This document shows positions 12,686 to 27,989 of a stretch of DNA of 64,000 bases, in pieces. The notes below the pieces were generated by a model. The model was not told the origin of the DNA. It did not search any database and saw nothing but the letters and a program-made list of their open reading frames with translations. Source of the stretch: the human T2T-CHM13v2.0 reference genome, Homo sapiens. Location: assembly GCF_009914755.1 (NCBI RefSeq), contig NC_060936.1. One strand, given 5' to 3'. The position numbers and the translations under genes are program-made. Every line of letters starts with the position of its first letter. Within the stretch, counting starts at the first letter, position 1.

Positions 12686-12723
<38 letters not shown>
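12686..12723. repeat. (CA)n microsatellite
   Basis: ~18-19 perfect CA units. Confidence 0.95.
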
Positions 12724-12725
<2 letters not shown>

Positions 12726-12881
12726 CAACATAATGCTGTAAAACCCAAAACTCATGTGTATGTGCTGAAATCAACACAAGCTTCTGTCTAGATTTTCTAA
12801 TTGTAAAATTCTTGATATGTTCATTGAAGCTGAACTTGAACTTTGAGGGGAGACTGCCCTAGCTTTGCTAGTTTCCCAATG

Positions 12882-13206
12882 CAGGAGCTGGCTGATTTTT
12901 TTCTAATAGCATCAGATAATAAATCTTTTAACTTTGTGGGACCTGCAGTCTCTGTTGTAACTATTCAACTCTATCGGAGCAGAAAAGCAGCATAGACAAT
13001 ATGTAAGTGAATGCGTGTGGCTGTGTTCTAATCAAACTAGTTGTGGACACAGAAATTTGAATTTCATATCTTTTTCACGGGTCATGAAATATTCTTTTTT
13101 TTCCCCCAACCATTTAAAAATGTAAAAGCCATTCTTACTTCCTGAGCTGCACGATAGCAGATGGTGGGTGGATTTGGCCTGTGTGCTGCAGGTTCACTGA
13201 CCCCTG
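12882..13206 (+). mobile_element. MER58B-like hAT element
   Basis: cagg...aaagcagcatagacaatatgtaa...gaaatttgaatttcata...gacccctg termini. Confidence 0.75.
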
Positions 13207-16200
13207 CCCCACATGTTCTGAACCTGAGCATGGGGTAAGACCGTGCTGGTGCCACAGGACACCCAGCATGGCTTATCCACCCCTTGTGGTGTGTACCAAG
13301 GTACACGTGCGTGTGCGTACACACACACAGCACCAGTCTGCTCGCACAATGCCGACACACACATGCCCTGTGTATGTGCCTCCCGTGCAGTGCAGCCAGC
13401 GGAAGAAAGCCCCGGTGTCAGGCTGGGGCCACAGGGGAGAAGCCAGGCTCTGGCCCCACAGGGGCTGCGGTTTGTTCAGCCGTGCCCCCTCACCTTTCCC
13501 CTGCTGGGCTGTTTTCACTGCTCCCTGCAGGGGGTGAGGTTCCCTTTGAAGCCCTCCAGGTCCAGAGCCCAGAGTCTGGACTGGAAACTGGAGCCCCTCC
13601 ACGGGGAGGCCTAATGCTGTGACCCTGAGCTGGATGATGTTAGATCAATCACGGTGGTGTCCCAGGCAGAGGGTTGGAGGGAGAGTCAGAGCTGGGCGAG
13701 GGATGGGTCGCTTGCTCGCTTCGCAGTACTGAGCCAAGTGCCCGGTTTCCCTCAAAGCTTTCTTTCTTCATTTCCCTCTGTCTCCAACCGTCCCTCCCAC
13801 AGACAAAGATTGCCACATATGGGAAGCCCAAGGCCGAAGGGTATGCTCAGCTGGTGGCTGGGCTGGGCCCAGGAGCCATCAGGGTCTTGGGGTGAGGGGG
13901 TTGGCTGCCACTGGCAGTCGGGGAAAGGTTTGAGAATGGCTTTCTGCTCCCAGAGAAGAAGCCACATCTTCCCTGGGGGGTCATTTACATCCCCTGCCAC
14001 TGGGACAGCCGCCTCCGAGGGCCTCACCCAGACCCTGAATTTCCCACCCAGTTCACACAGCTGGACAGAGGTGTAACTCAGCCACTTCCGCAGAAGCTCC
14101 CAGCTCGCTCCCTGGCCTCATATGACTGGAGCTGGGGAGGGGCACCTATCTGCCTGGTATCTCCCATGTCGCTCTCCATGTGCTGCTGGAGGGGTGCATG
14201 GCAGCCTCCTGCCCCTTCTGCTGATGGGATAGCTGAGGCCGAGGGATGCCAGCTGGGGACCATCCAAAGATGCCATACCCGAGGCTGCAAGCCTGGCCTT
14301 TTCTGGTGCCCCCAAGCTGGCCAACAGGCTGGAGTGGCAGGTGGTGGCTGGTTCTGGGATCTTCCAGCCTGCCTCCTTCCCTGGAAACCTTGGGCTTCAC
14401 TCAGCCCTGGTCCCTGCCATGAGAGGAAGCACTATCTGAGGACACTTAGGCTGGAGACCCTTAGGCTGTTACCACCCAGATGGGAGGAGCTTTTCCCATC
14501 ACCGGGGAAAACACCTCCAGAATTAGACACCAACTGGGGACAGTGAGGCCCAGAGAGGGTGAGTGACTTCCCCAAGGTCACACAGCCTACCAGTCCTAAG
14601 CTAGAGCCCAGGCCCCCCAGACAGGCCTTAGGGATAGAAAACAAGGTGACATTTAATGCCAGGGCTGAGAGAACCCCTTCCCCCTTCCCCCTTCTCCCTT
14701 GAGAGCGCTCTTGGGGCTTGTTGTCAGGGTCTAGCCCAAGGCAGGGACAGCCTGCACTACCCTGGAGGCCTCCAGGGCTCAGCTCCTGGTTACAGGACCC
14801 TTTGGGACCCTCTCTCCAGCCTCCTCACTGGAGACTAGGGCTGGGCCTGATGCCAGGGGCAAGAAAGACTATGTGTAGGGGCAGGGAGCGGCCCATCTCT
14901 GGTAGCAGCAGGTCCAGCTAATCCATATGTGGGTGCTCCCCAACCACCAGTCACGCTGTCTGTATTTCTACTATTGCAGACCCATGGTCTCTGGCTGCTT
15001 GGCTAACTCCAGAAGCCTGTTTTGAAACTAAATTCATCGCTCGTATTTGGTAGTCATTGGTGGCTTCTCAGTACCAGGTCCTGGGCTGGGTCTTGGGGAC
15101 TCAGAGAGAAGGGCAAAATCCATTTCAGAGTCTAATCTATCCATTTCAGATCAGTTTCAGAGTCTAGTGAAGGTGAAGGCAAATGCATATCATGGAAATA
15201 GCCTTTGAACCCTCTGACTCATAAGGACAACAGATACAGACCTAAAACCCAGCTTGGCCCCTTGCTGGCTGTGTGACCATGGGCAAATTCCTTAACGTCT
15301 CTGAGTTTATTTCCTCCTCTGTAAAATGGGGATAAGAATAGTCCCTAGCTGGGAGGGTTGTCATGAGGACATAATGAGATACATAAATGAGATATGTAGA
15401 TAAAAGCTTGGAGGATACTACTTTGCACGTAGTAAGCACTCATGCTCGAGGAAGAAAAAGATTTAAATGCCTCACTAGGCAGATGCACGGTGCCTTCAGC
15501 CATGGGATGTGCATGGTGTATGCCTGGAGCCTCTGAGAGGAGGACTTCCTGGAGGAGGAGTCCTTTGAGAGTGTGTGATTTGGGTAAATAGAATGATAGG
15601 AGGAACACTTACAGGTGGAGGAAACAGCAGGGGTCCTTCAGCAGGGTCCTGGAGGAGGGTCTCAGGCCTGGGTGGCAGAGGGAGGCTGTGATGGGAGATA
15701 GGGGATGGGTAGAGGAGGCCTCGTGGGGCCCACTGGGGCCTGGCAGGCTGGGCTGCCAGCTGCTGCCCTTTAGCAGCCAGGCCCCGGGGGACTCACAGCC
15801 ACGCTGCAGGACCAGCCTCATTAATCACGGGCCCTTGGAGCTGGAGCAGGTGGGGCAGGGGCAGCCTCAGGCACTTCCTACAGTCTGTCTGGGTTCCCTT
15901 CACCCAGCCAGCGGGTGTCACCCCATTTTACACATAGTAAAGCTGAAGCTCAGAGGGTGGGGAGCCGCCTGCCGACGCTGAGAAGAGACGGGTCTGAGAT
16001 CAGATCCAGGTCTGCAGCTGGGTGCGCACGGCCCTTCCCAGGCTCGCCCGGGCCACCGAGTACCTTGGACAGCACCATCAACGACCCGCCCGCGCCTTCC
16101 GGGCTGGGGGTGGGGATGCCCGGGACAGACCCCCTCGCAGCCCTCTCCCTCTCCTTCTCCTCCCCTCACCCCTTTCTCCTCCTTCTTCCCTCCCTCCTCC

Positions 16201-16766
16201 TCTCCAGCTTCCTCCCATCCCCCGCCTCATTCTTCCAAAGGAGCTGCGGAGTCTGACCTGGAGAGGAAGGAGGAGATGGAAGCTGTGATGGGAAGCGTGG
16301 GGGCTGGAGTAGGGGAGGTGATGCGGAAGTGACAGGTAGCGGGGCTGTGGAGGGGATGGTGAAGAAGGTGGTAAGGAGTGAAGCGTGAGGGGTTGGGAGG
16401 GGAGATGATGGAGGGTGTGATGAGAGGGTGACGAGGAGGGGCCAGGACGGGGAGGCCACGGGGAGGCCAAGGGGTTGGGGCAGGACTGGTCACAGTGGCT
16501 CCAAGTGCCCATTCAGGCAGTAGGCAATGGGGTTGAGGTCCCTAACTCTCTCTCCAGTGTGATGTTCTTGGTGCATGGGGGTGCCTGGGGTGCTCCCAGG
16601 CCTCCGCCCGCCACCTCTGTCTCTCCCTGGGCCTCCATCCTTCCACCTGGCTCTGGAATCACAACCGGTGGTAGCCAGTCCCCAGGACAGCTCCAGTCCC
16701 TTAGATAGTCACCCCCATGAGCCCACCCAGCCTCTGGGTTGACACAGACACCCCCAGCAGCCCCTA

Positions 16767-17224
<458 letters not shown>

Positions 17225-18395
17225 TTAAGTAAACCACACTCCCTCCCTGAGCCTCTGAGCCTCTGTTTCCTCACCTGTAATATGGACCTGATGATAGTAC
17301 TGAACTTGTGTGATTGTGGTCACTATTCATTCATTCATCAGGAGTTTCATGAGCACCTACTGTGTGCCAGGCACTGTCCGGGCACTAGGAATGTCACAAT
17401 CAACAGGACAGACACAGAAGCCCTCAAGGTGCTTCTGTTCTGGGGGTGAGGGGTGGAGTGATGATGGGTGTGATGCAGGAGGCCAGGCGCCAAGGAAGTC
17501 CCAGCATATAGGACTGTCCCCTACCTTGGAGCCCAGGAGCTGCCGGGCTAGGAGCTGAGTCTCCTCTAGGTCCCGCATAGTTGTGTCCTTGCTCGGCCAC
17601 CCTGGCCAAGCGCCTCTCCCTCTCTGGGCTCCTTCCATCATCCCTCTGGAGCTGCTCCAGGCTGCTACTGCTGCCTGCACAGACAGCAGTGGCAGGCCGG
17701 TGACGGGGTGCATGAGGGAGTCTGGCGCTGGGCCCTGGAGCTGAGCACCCTGAGATGCAGAACAAAGGACGAGGCAATCAAAGGAGGCTGCCAGGACAGT
17801 CCTGCCAGCAGCTGCAGCACAGCCACCTCTTGTCCCGATGACCGACTGGGCCTTTGTCCCCTCCCCCTCCAACTGCAAGCAGAGCACGGTAAGAGGAAGC
17901 ACAGAGTTTACCTGGAATACCACCTTCCCAGGGCCCTCCCCCTGGCTGGGGTAAGCATTGCCCTCCCCAGCTTCCTCTGTTCTAGGGGGCGAAGGTTCAC
18001 TTGTTCCAAGGTGTTACTCACTTGGCCCTGTGGAAATGACAGTCAGGGAGCCTGGGTCCAAGGCCTGTCTCTAATTTGCCAGGTGATCTTGCCCAAGTTT
18101 CTCTCTGCAGCTCAGCTTACCCATCTACACAAAGGCTGCAAATTCAGATGCTTACAGGGCCTGGGCAACTAATAGAAGTGTGTGCAGTGTCTGGGAAGGC
18201 AGAGGTTTTTTAACTGTCTTGCTCTCCAGTGCCTGGTATGCAGCAGGTGCTCAATAAATACTTGAAGGCATGAATGGGGCCAGCATAACTCAGCTCCTGC
18301 TCACTGTTGCCAAGGAGGCCAATTGTTGTGGCCCCACCCTTGGATATCTGGGGATTTCTGAAATCTGGACTGGTGTGAATCTGCCCCAATTTTTA

Positions 18396-18808
<413 letters not shown>

Positions 18809-21800
18809 TCAGTTAGGTTCATTCAGATGTATTTGGTTATTCATTCATTTATTCATTCATCCAACATTTTGCAAGGACCTACCTCCCTGCATTCCTGACC
18901 ACAGAGGGATGCCAAGGTGACTGTAAACCAGCCCAGCCTTGGAGGGGCTGCCAGGCCCGAAGGAACACAGACACCTCCGCACCTAGTGAGCTATGTGCTT
19001 TGATGGGAGCATTGCAGGCGCAAGGTGCTATGGAGTCCCCAAGGAGCGAGTGGTTTGCCCTAAGGATGGCAGAGAAGATTCCAAGAAGACAGAGTGCTTG
19101 TGCTGAGCCAGAAGATTGAGAAAGAACTCAGCAGGGAGGCCAGTGGGGTGGGGTGGGTAGGACACTCTAGACAGATGGAACAGCATATGCAAATACAGAG
19201 GCATAACCGCACACACGGTATGTTCAAAAAATAGCTGGAATTTTGGTGTGGTTAGAGTGTGAGGCTGTGCAGACAGCTTGTGATGGGCTTCAGAGGCTAC
19301 TCTAAGGAGTTTAGACTGATTCCTAAGGGCACTAGGGAGCTATTGATAGCTGTGGAGCAGAGGAGTGACACAGTCCAGCCTTGAGTCTGTGAAAAATCCC
19401 CCCGGCGCCATGTGAGAATGCACTGAACATTGCAAAGGGTGGACACTGGGACATGGGGAGGAGGCCCCTGCAACAGTCCAGGCTAGCACTCTGGTGGCAT
19501 GGGCCAGAGGGCTGACAGTGGAAGTCGGGGAAGTTCAAATCCTGACTAGATTCAATCTTCACTTAGTAGCCCAGTGGCTATGTGACTCTGGACTTCAGGC
19601 AAATTGCTTCACCTCTCTGTGCTTCACTCAGTGTTTGTACAAGACAGTGATCGTAATAGTTATCATTATCATATGTTTATTATCATTATTATCATAACAA
19701 CCTGCCCCAGTCATTTTGTGGCTGAAGAGTTGACTTACACGAAGCATTTAGAACAGCGCCTGGCACATAGTAGGCCCTCTGGGAGTGTTTATTATCATTA
19801 TTATTTTATTATTATTACAATTATGCCATTTCACAGATGAGAAAGGAGCAGTTTGGAGGGCTCAGGCTGTGGAGGACTGTCCAGCCCTCTGTCCCCTCCC
19901 CCTCCACTTCCTGCTTTGCTAGGGATCTGAATCCCCTGCTGGGTGTGTGAGAAGCCAGGTGACCAGAAAGCCCCCCATACAGCCCATGGCGTATGAGTGC
20001 CCGCCTCCGCCTGCCAGCAGCCTCCAAGGTGGTAGCCTCTCCGAGTGCCACGCAGCCCTTCAGCCTTCCTTAGGCAGCACTGCAGACCCCCTCTCCTCCC
20101 CTTGTCTCCCCACCACCCTGGCCTGGCTTCCAGCAGACCCTGGAGAACCTGGGCCAGCTTCAACCACAAGGAAACCACTAATGGGCCACAGCTTAGCCTG
20201 ATGAATCCCAGAGGAGAGTTTGGAGGGAAACAGAACACTGCGGGATTATTGATCATGGGGCAGGAGCTGGTGAGGCAGCCTGGATCCACAGGCTGCAGCT
20301 CGAATCCCAGCCCAGCCGGTGCCCCCAGCCAGACTTCCACGTCTTCTTAGGGAGCCTCAGTCTCCCCATCTGTCCGATGGGGCTAATATTAGCACACACA
20401 CCCCTGGGGCTGCTGTGAGGACTGGGAGATGATGTGTGTGAGCCCCTAGCACAGTTGCTGGCACTGCGGAGCATTCGGTAAGGTGTTGGGTGCCGCTGTT
20501 GTCCTTGTTGTAGGAGACAGGTGAGCAGCCATGCAGATGCCAGCTAAGGGGCTATTCCAGAAGGTCACATAGCAATCCAGGGTTGGAACCTCAGCCATGT
20601 CACTTACTTACCATGCAACCGCTGTGCCTCAGTTTCCTCCCCCAGAACATGGGCTCATGAGACTAAGTCAGAGGGAACAGCAAATGAAGCAAGGTGGCCT
20701 TGTGTAGGCTCCAGCTGGACCACTCACAGATGGCATCCGGTGTGCTCCTAACTGCTCCGTGCCTCTGTTTTCTCGCCTCTAAAATGGGGCAATAACACCC
20801 CCACCTCCTAGGGGTGCTAAACACACTCTTTCGCTTGAATGAGCTAAACACAGCCTGGGGCAGAAAAGTGTGCTCTCTGAGTGTGGATGGCTGTTAGTAT
20901 TATGACTTCTGGGTTGGTGAAGGATTCAGTGAAGTCTCTGACTGGGGCCCAGCCACTGCCCAACCCCCGGTCACAGGCCTCAGCCTGTGGTGGGACTCCC
21001 CCAGCCTGACAGGATGTCCCATGACCGCCTCCCACGTGCCCCCTTCCCGTCAGGGTCTGGGTGCCCCCAAACTGAGATCACTTCCCTCCGGGAAGCCACC
21101 CCCAAAGGGAGGGGTTCCCTGCTGGGCCTTGAAGCTGGCCCAGCCCAGAGAGGAACCGTTTAGAGGCTGAGGGACCAGCAGGAGGAAGGCTCGGGGGCTC
21201 AGAACCCTCCCCCTTCTCCATGGAGTCAGCTGCTTCTTAAGGCCAAGAGGTGGGGGCTGAGGCACCCACATACCCACCTCTAGGCAGTGGGTTCAGATCG
21301 GGACCATGCTCTAGGGCAGAAACCTCACACGGCTAAACAACGGAAAGTAAAGCTGAAGTAGTGAGCTCTCCATCGCTGGAAGTATCCTAGGCTGTGCTAC
21401 CACTTGGTGAGGTTGAACCCCATGGAACCAGTCCAACCTGGGCCTGCCTTTACTCCACGAGTGTGGCATCATTCCCAGCCCTCTGCTCTCACCCTCCCAA
21501 GAGTTCACCTCTCCGGGCCTCAGTTTCCTCATCTGTAAAATGGAAATAGTCCTGGTCCCTCCCTGGAAGCAATGGTGTGAGGATGGAATGAGTGAGTGCA
21601 AGGAGAGTGCTGAGTGCAGCATGTGCCATACAGTAGGTGCTCAATAAATGCTAGCCTTGGTTTCCCTGATTCTCCATGATGGTCTCAGCCTCCAGGTTTC
21701 CAGCTTCCCTTTCTTTTCATCTCTCAAGCTCGTTCTATCTCTGACTCCAGCTCTCTTGGTATCTGCCTCAGTTTCCCATGTTGGCCTTGGCCTGTCTCTG

Positions 21801-23287
21801 ACAGTCTCTTTGATCATGTATGTCTCTCTCTGTCTCTCTCCATCCTGCTGTCACCCTGTCTCTGCCCCAGGCATGAAGCAGTCACTGGCAGCTGTGGCTG
21901 TGGCCGCCCCCACACCCGGTCTCAGGGGCCCAGCTTGTGCAGTCCTCCAGCTGACACTGACCAAAGCCCCTTTCTCCAGTTCAGCTGGAAGAAGCCTGGA
22001 ATTTTTCTGCCAAACATTTTTAAGCAACTAGGGAGGAGAGAGAAGGGGAAGACAACAAAGGCAGAGACACAAAAACAGGCCGAGGCAGAGGCACGGAGCC
22101 CATGTTTGTCACAGGCCCCTAACTGCCTGGGGGACGCAGACCCTGTGGCCAGCACAGCAGGGTGCCCTGAAGGCCAGAGTGGGGTGTGGTCTGCTCTGGG
22201 CCACCAGCCTGAGGCCCAGCCTCTTTCCCAGGCTGAAGAAACTCCAGCCCCTTCTTAGACCCATTGTTCTGGCTGAAAATCTAGGCCATGGCCACTGCGG
22301 AGGAGAAGGAGCATTTCCACCACTGCTCCCTTAGAAATCTTGAGATCGAAGTCCAGGCAGGTCACCAAGGAACCAGCTGCCCACCCCCTCGGCCTGGTCC
22401 ATGGCCAGCCTGGGCCGGAGAGGCGGACGGATGGGCAGGCGGGCAGCGGCGGGCGCTGCGGGGTGCAGGGCCCAGCGGGGAGGACAGCAGCTGCCCTAAT
22501 TACTCCTGCTCTCCAGGTTCCAATCTTGTTTCAAAAGGACTCCAGGGACACAGCCTTTAATAACTACCAGTAAACAGGCAGGAAAATCGATACCTGGTAA
22601 ATAGAGCCCTGGAGAGAGGGAGGCCTGGGCTAGCTGGCCCTGACGGGCTCCCAGAGTCCTTTGCTGCAGAGCTGGCCAACGCTGATGTTGAGAATCCTCC
22701 TCCTGGCCTGAGGGTCCTCCCCAGGGACCCCTCGAAGCTTGGCCTCCACCCTGGGGGCTGCTTGCTCTCCAATCTCCACTCCCTCTCCATCAAGCCCAGA
22801 TTTTCCTCTTTCCCACTCCTCCAAGTGCCAAGTAGGTTGCCCGTCTCGCTTGCAGATGTCTTCTTTGCACCAGGCTTTGTGCCTCGTGCTCCAAACATAG
22901 TTGCATATCTGACCTAGTAGTCTTTGTCCTCCCAAAAGTGATCTACCAATGAGGATGACTAAGAACAAAAACAAATAATGACAGTGTGAGGACAGACATG
23001 CAATAAAAGACTGCTGCGTTTGCCAACTATAGCAACAGAACAGAGAAGCCCATGTTGGAGGAGATGAGCACATGGAGGGCTTTGCTGGATGAATAGGAGT
23101 TTGCCAAGTGAACAAGGGCTGGGGGAGGATGAATGTGGGTAACATATGTAATATCAGCCATTGTAGCTGTATTCATTGAGTGCTTACTAAATGCTAAGTG
23201 TTCTGCTAAGCACCTTTGCCTATACGTTATCTCATTTTGTTTCCCCAGTAATTCTTTGGGGTAGATATTAATACCCCCATTTTATAG

Positions 23288-23659
<372 letters not shown>

Positions 23660-24600
23660 CGACCCGAGAGACTTCTGAGTTGCTTGAATCACTTCACTCT
23701 GCACCTCCTATCCCGGCCCCTCCCCTGCCGAGCTCAGGATTTGGCACACAGGGGAAGTTAAATAAGGCGGGTTCCCATTGCTTCCCTTCCTATCCTGCAC
23801 ATTTTTCAGGTAATACACTGCCTTCACCTCACCAGGAGCTGAATGGTGGTACTTCAGGCACATCAGCCTTGAAGATCAGTCATCACAACCCCTCATTTTG
23901 CAGGTGGGGAAACTGAGGCCCTGAGAGGGGAAGACCAGCACACAAGAGCAGGTGGGAGCAGGATCCAGGGTTTTCTCTCTAACTCACCTCCTCCCGGGCC
24001 TACTGTGGAGGAAGCCCCATCACCAGGGAAGAAATCAATCTGCACACACTCAATTAAAATGATAAATCAGGCATCAGGGTGAGGCTGCCCCAGAGATGCA
24101 GGGGAAGTTTTTGTCTGATTGGCTGGAACATGGTAGGTGCCCAGGGACCTTATTTCCTGGGGCTGGGCTGCCAGTCCAACCTCTCCACCTCTTCAACCCC
24201 GCCCCTTTCATATCAATAGCCATAGCTCCGTGCCTCGATTTCTCCAGCTATTGGGGCCTGTCCAGTTGGCAGGGCACAAGGCTAGTCTGTAGCCCTTGTG
24301 ATTCTAACAGAGGAGAGGGCAGAGGACAAGCTCTTTCAGCCCTGAGTAGGGACACACCAGTGTGGAACAGTCTGAGTTCCCCTATCTGGTTGCAGATCCC
24401 TGGGCCAGGCACCCGAGGAAGATGCCAATTAACAATGGAAATGCCTTCCAGGTTTTGAGGTCCTACTGTGTGCAGGTACTGTGCCAGGTGCTGGGAGTAC
24501 AGCAGTGAGCAAAGCAGACAAGATCCCTGACTTTGCAGCTGACAGCCTAGAGTGAGGATACGCAGCATAAAGAATGCATGCAGATTAATACATCATGTCA

Positions 24601-25720
<1,120 letters not shown>

Positions 25721-26828
25721 GAGTAGACACGGTATTTATCTCAATTGATCCTCTCAGCAACCCCACAAGCAACTGTTGCTACAGCTGGCAAACGCAGCAG
25801 TCTTCTATTGCATGTCTGCTTATGCCCATTTTCAACATGAGAAAACTGGGGCCCAGAGATGCTGAGTTGCCTACGCACAGTCACAGAGCTGGAAAGTCAG
25901 AAAGTCAGGACTTGAAGTGAGGGCTGTCTGCCTCCCAGCCCTGGGGTCCCACCCAGACCCTCTGCAGCTGTTCTCACTCACTCCTCCCCCAAATACTGTG
26001 TGAGAGGGAAGGGCTGGGTCATGGATGATCACCCCTCTTTTTGAGATGGGGCCACTAAGGCCTGAGGAGGCTTAAGGGACTTTCCCGCAGTTGAGGGGAA
26101 GTCAAGTGTGCAGCCTTTCTGCAGGTGTGCCAAATGAACCCAGCAAAAGACTCACTTCATCAGCCCCAAGACACAGAGCAGGCTAAAGGCTCTGAGAAGT
26201 CCTGCGGCCTGGACCTTGGGTTATCTCTGGTTAGCCCAGAGTTTCCCGTGGAGCCTTGCTGTCAGGGGAGCACGCAGAGCTTTGGCAAACATGAAGCTGT
26301 GGTTTGGAGTAAAGCCTCAGTGCCCTCCTTTATGAAAGGGGGCCCACCTGGCAGTCAGCAGTTGTTTGTTGAAGGAAGTAACAAATGAAACAAACAGATG
26401 AATGAAAGTAACAAATAAGCAAATGAAGGAATGGACGAATGCAGGGATGAGCACAAAGTGTGAATGAATTAAAAAAAAAAGAATCCATTTGTGACCTAAT
26501 GAATTTATTCATTCATTCAACAAATATCGCTCGAGCACCTGCTGTGTGCAGGTGCTGGGGATATAGCAGTAAATAAAACAAAATCCCTGACCTTGTGGCT
26601 ATTACATTCTAGCGAGGGGGGGACAGACAGAAACCAAGATAAATGGGTAGAATGTGAAGTATATCTGAGGGAGAAAATGGAGCGGGGAAGGAGAGAGGGG
26701 AAAGTACGTGGGGGGTGCACATTTTTAAATAGGATGATGGTAAATGAAGGAATGTCTGAATGCCTGAATACGGGAGTGGGCTGAAGATGGAGAATACATA
26801 AAGGTGTCAATTTAAAAAAAGCATAAGG

Positions 26829-27275
26829 GGCCCAGGGGCGGTGGCTCACACCTGTAATCCCAGCACTTTGGGAGGCTGAGGTGGGTGGATCACCTGAGGT
26901 CAGGAGTTCGAGACCAGCCTGGCCAACATGGCAAAACCCCATCTCTACTAAAAATACAAAAATTAGCCCAGCAAGGTGGTGCATGCCTGTAGTCCCAGCT
27001 ACTCAGGAGGCTGAGGCAGGAGAATCGCTTGAACCTGGAGGTGGAGATTGCATTGAGCCTAGATTGTGCCACTGTATTCCAGCCTGGGCGACAGAGCAAT
27101 ACTCTGCCTGGAAAAAAAAAAAAAAAAAGTGGGGCCGGTCATGGTGGCTCACACCTGTCATCTCAGCACTTTGGGAGGCCAAGGCGGTTGGATTGCTTGA
27201 GCCGAAGAGTTTGAGACTTAGCCTGGGCAACATAGGGAGACCCCTGTCTCTAAATAAATAAATAAAATAAAATAA
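26829..27275 (+). mobile_element. Alu (26829-27128) followed by FLAM-like monomer (27133-27275)
   Basis: Two tandem sense Alu units. Confidence 0.9.
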
Positions 27276-27989
27276 CATAATGGATGACTGCAGGCACGAA
27301 TGAATGACCTAAGGAAAGAATCAATGAATGAACGAATCATTGAATGAAGGAATATATGAATATGTGAACTAGGGCATGGATAAGTGAATGAACTAATGCA
27401 AGAATTGTTGAATGACTAAATGAAATAGTGCTTAAATTAATGAACTAAGGCATGAACAGATTGATGAATGAATCATTGAATGAGTGAGCAAACTATAATG
27501 AAGAAGAGGACTGCATGGGGCCTATGTGCATGGCCTTGGTCTCTGTCTATGCCTGCCCCACTTTATCTGACTCTGGTCTGAAGAACCCCCAGGCCCCCTT
27601 TGCCCTCCCCCGCACCATCCAGGGCCTGTGATAACCCCCACTTCAGTGTCTGTCTTGGCCCTGGAGAGGTGGAGGGTGGGGGAGCCCTCCACACCTTGCT
27701 GGTTTCCTACCCCAGGCTATCTTGGCACCCCCACCCTGTTTGGTGGCTCTCCCGCCCCTACGCCCAATCTACTGACCACGCGCCCCTGCCCACCTCTCGC
27801 CCCAGTGCTATGCGCTGAACCTTTAGCCCCGGCCCCCCTCACCCTGGCTGCCGCCTGTCCTGACCCTCCAGCCTGTGCTGAACCTCATGCCTGGGCCTTG
27901 ACCTCCTTCCTCTCCGTGCATGTGTTGACCCTCTCCCCAAGTCTGGGTGGACCCCCTGGAGGCCTGTGCTGACCCCCCAACCTCCCGCC

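Noticed and set aside
20497-20527. Possible 7-nt microexon (tgtag|GAGACAG|gtgagc)
   Set aside because: Not frame-preserving, at a MIR edge, no upstream microexon signature recognised; unsupported without junction reads
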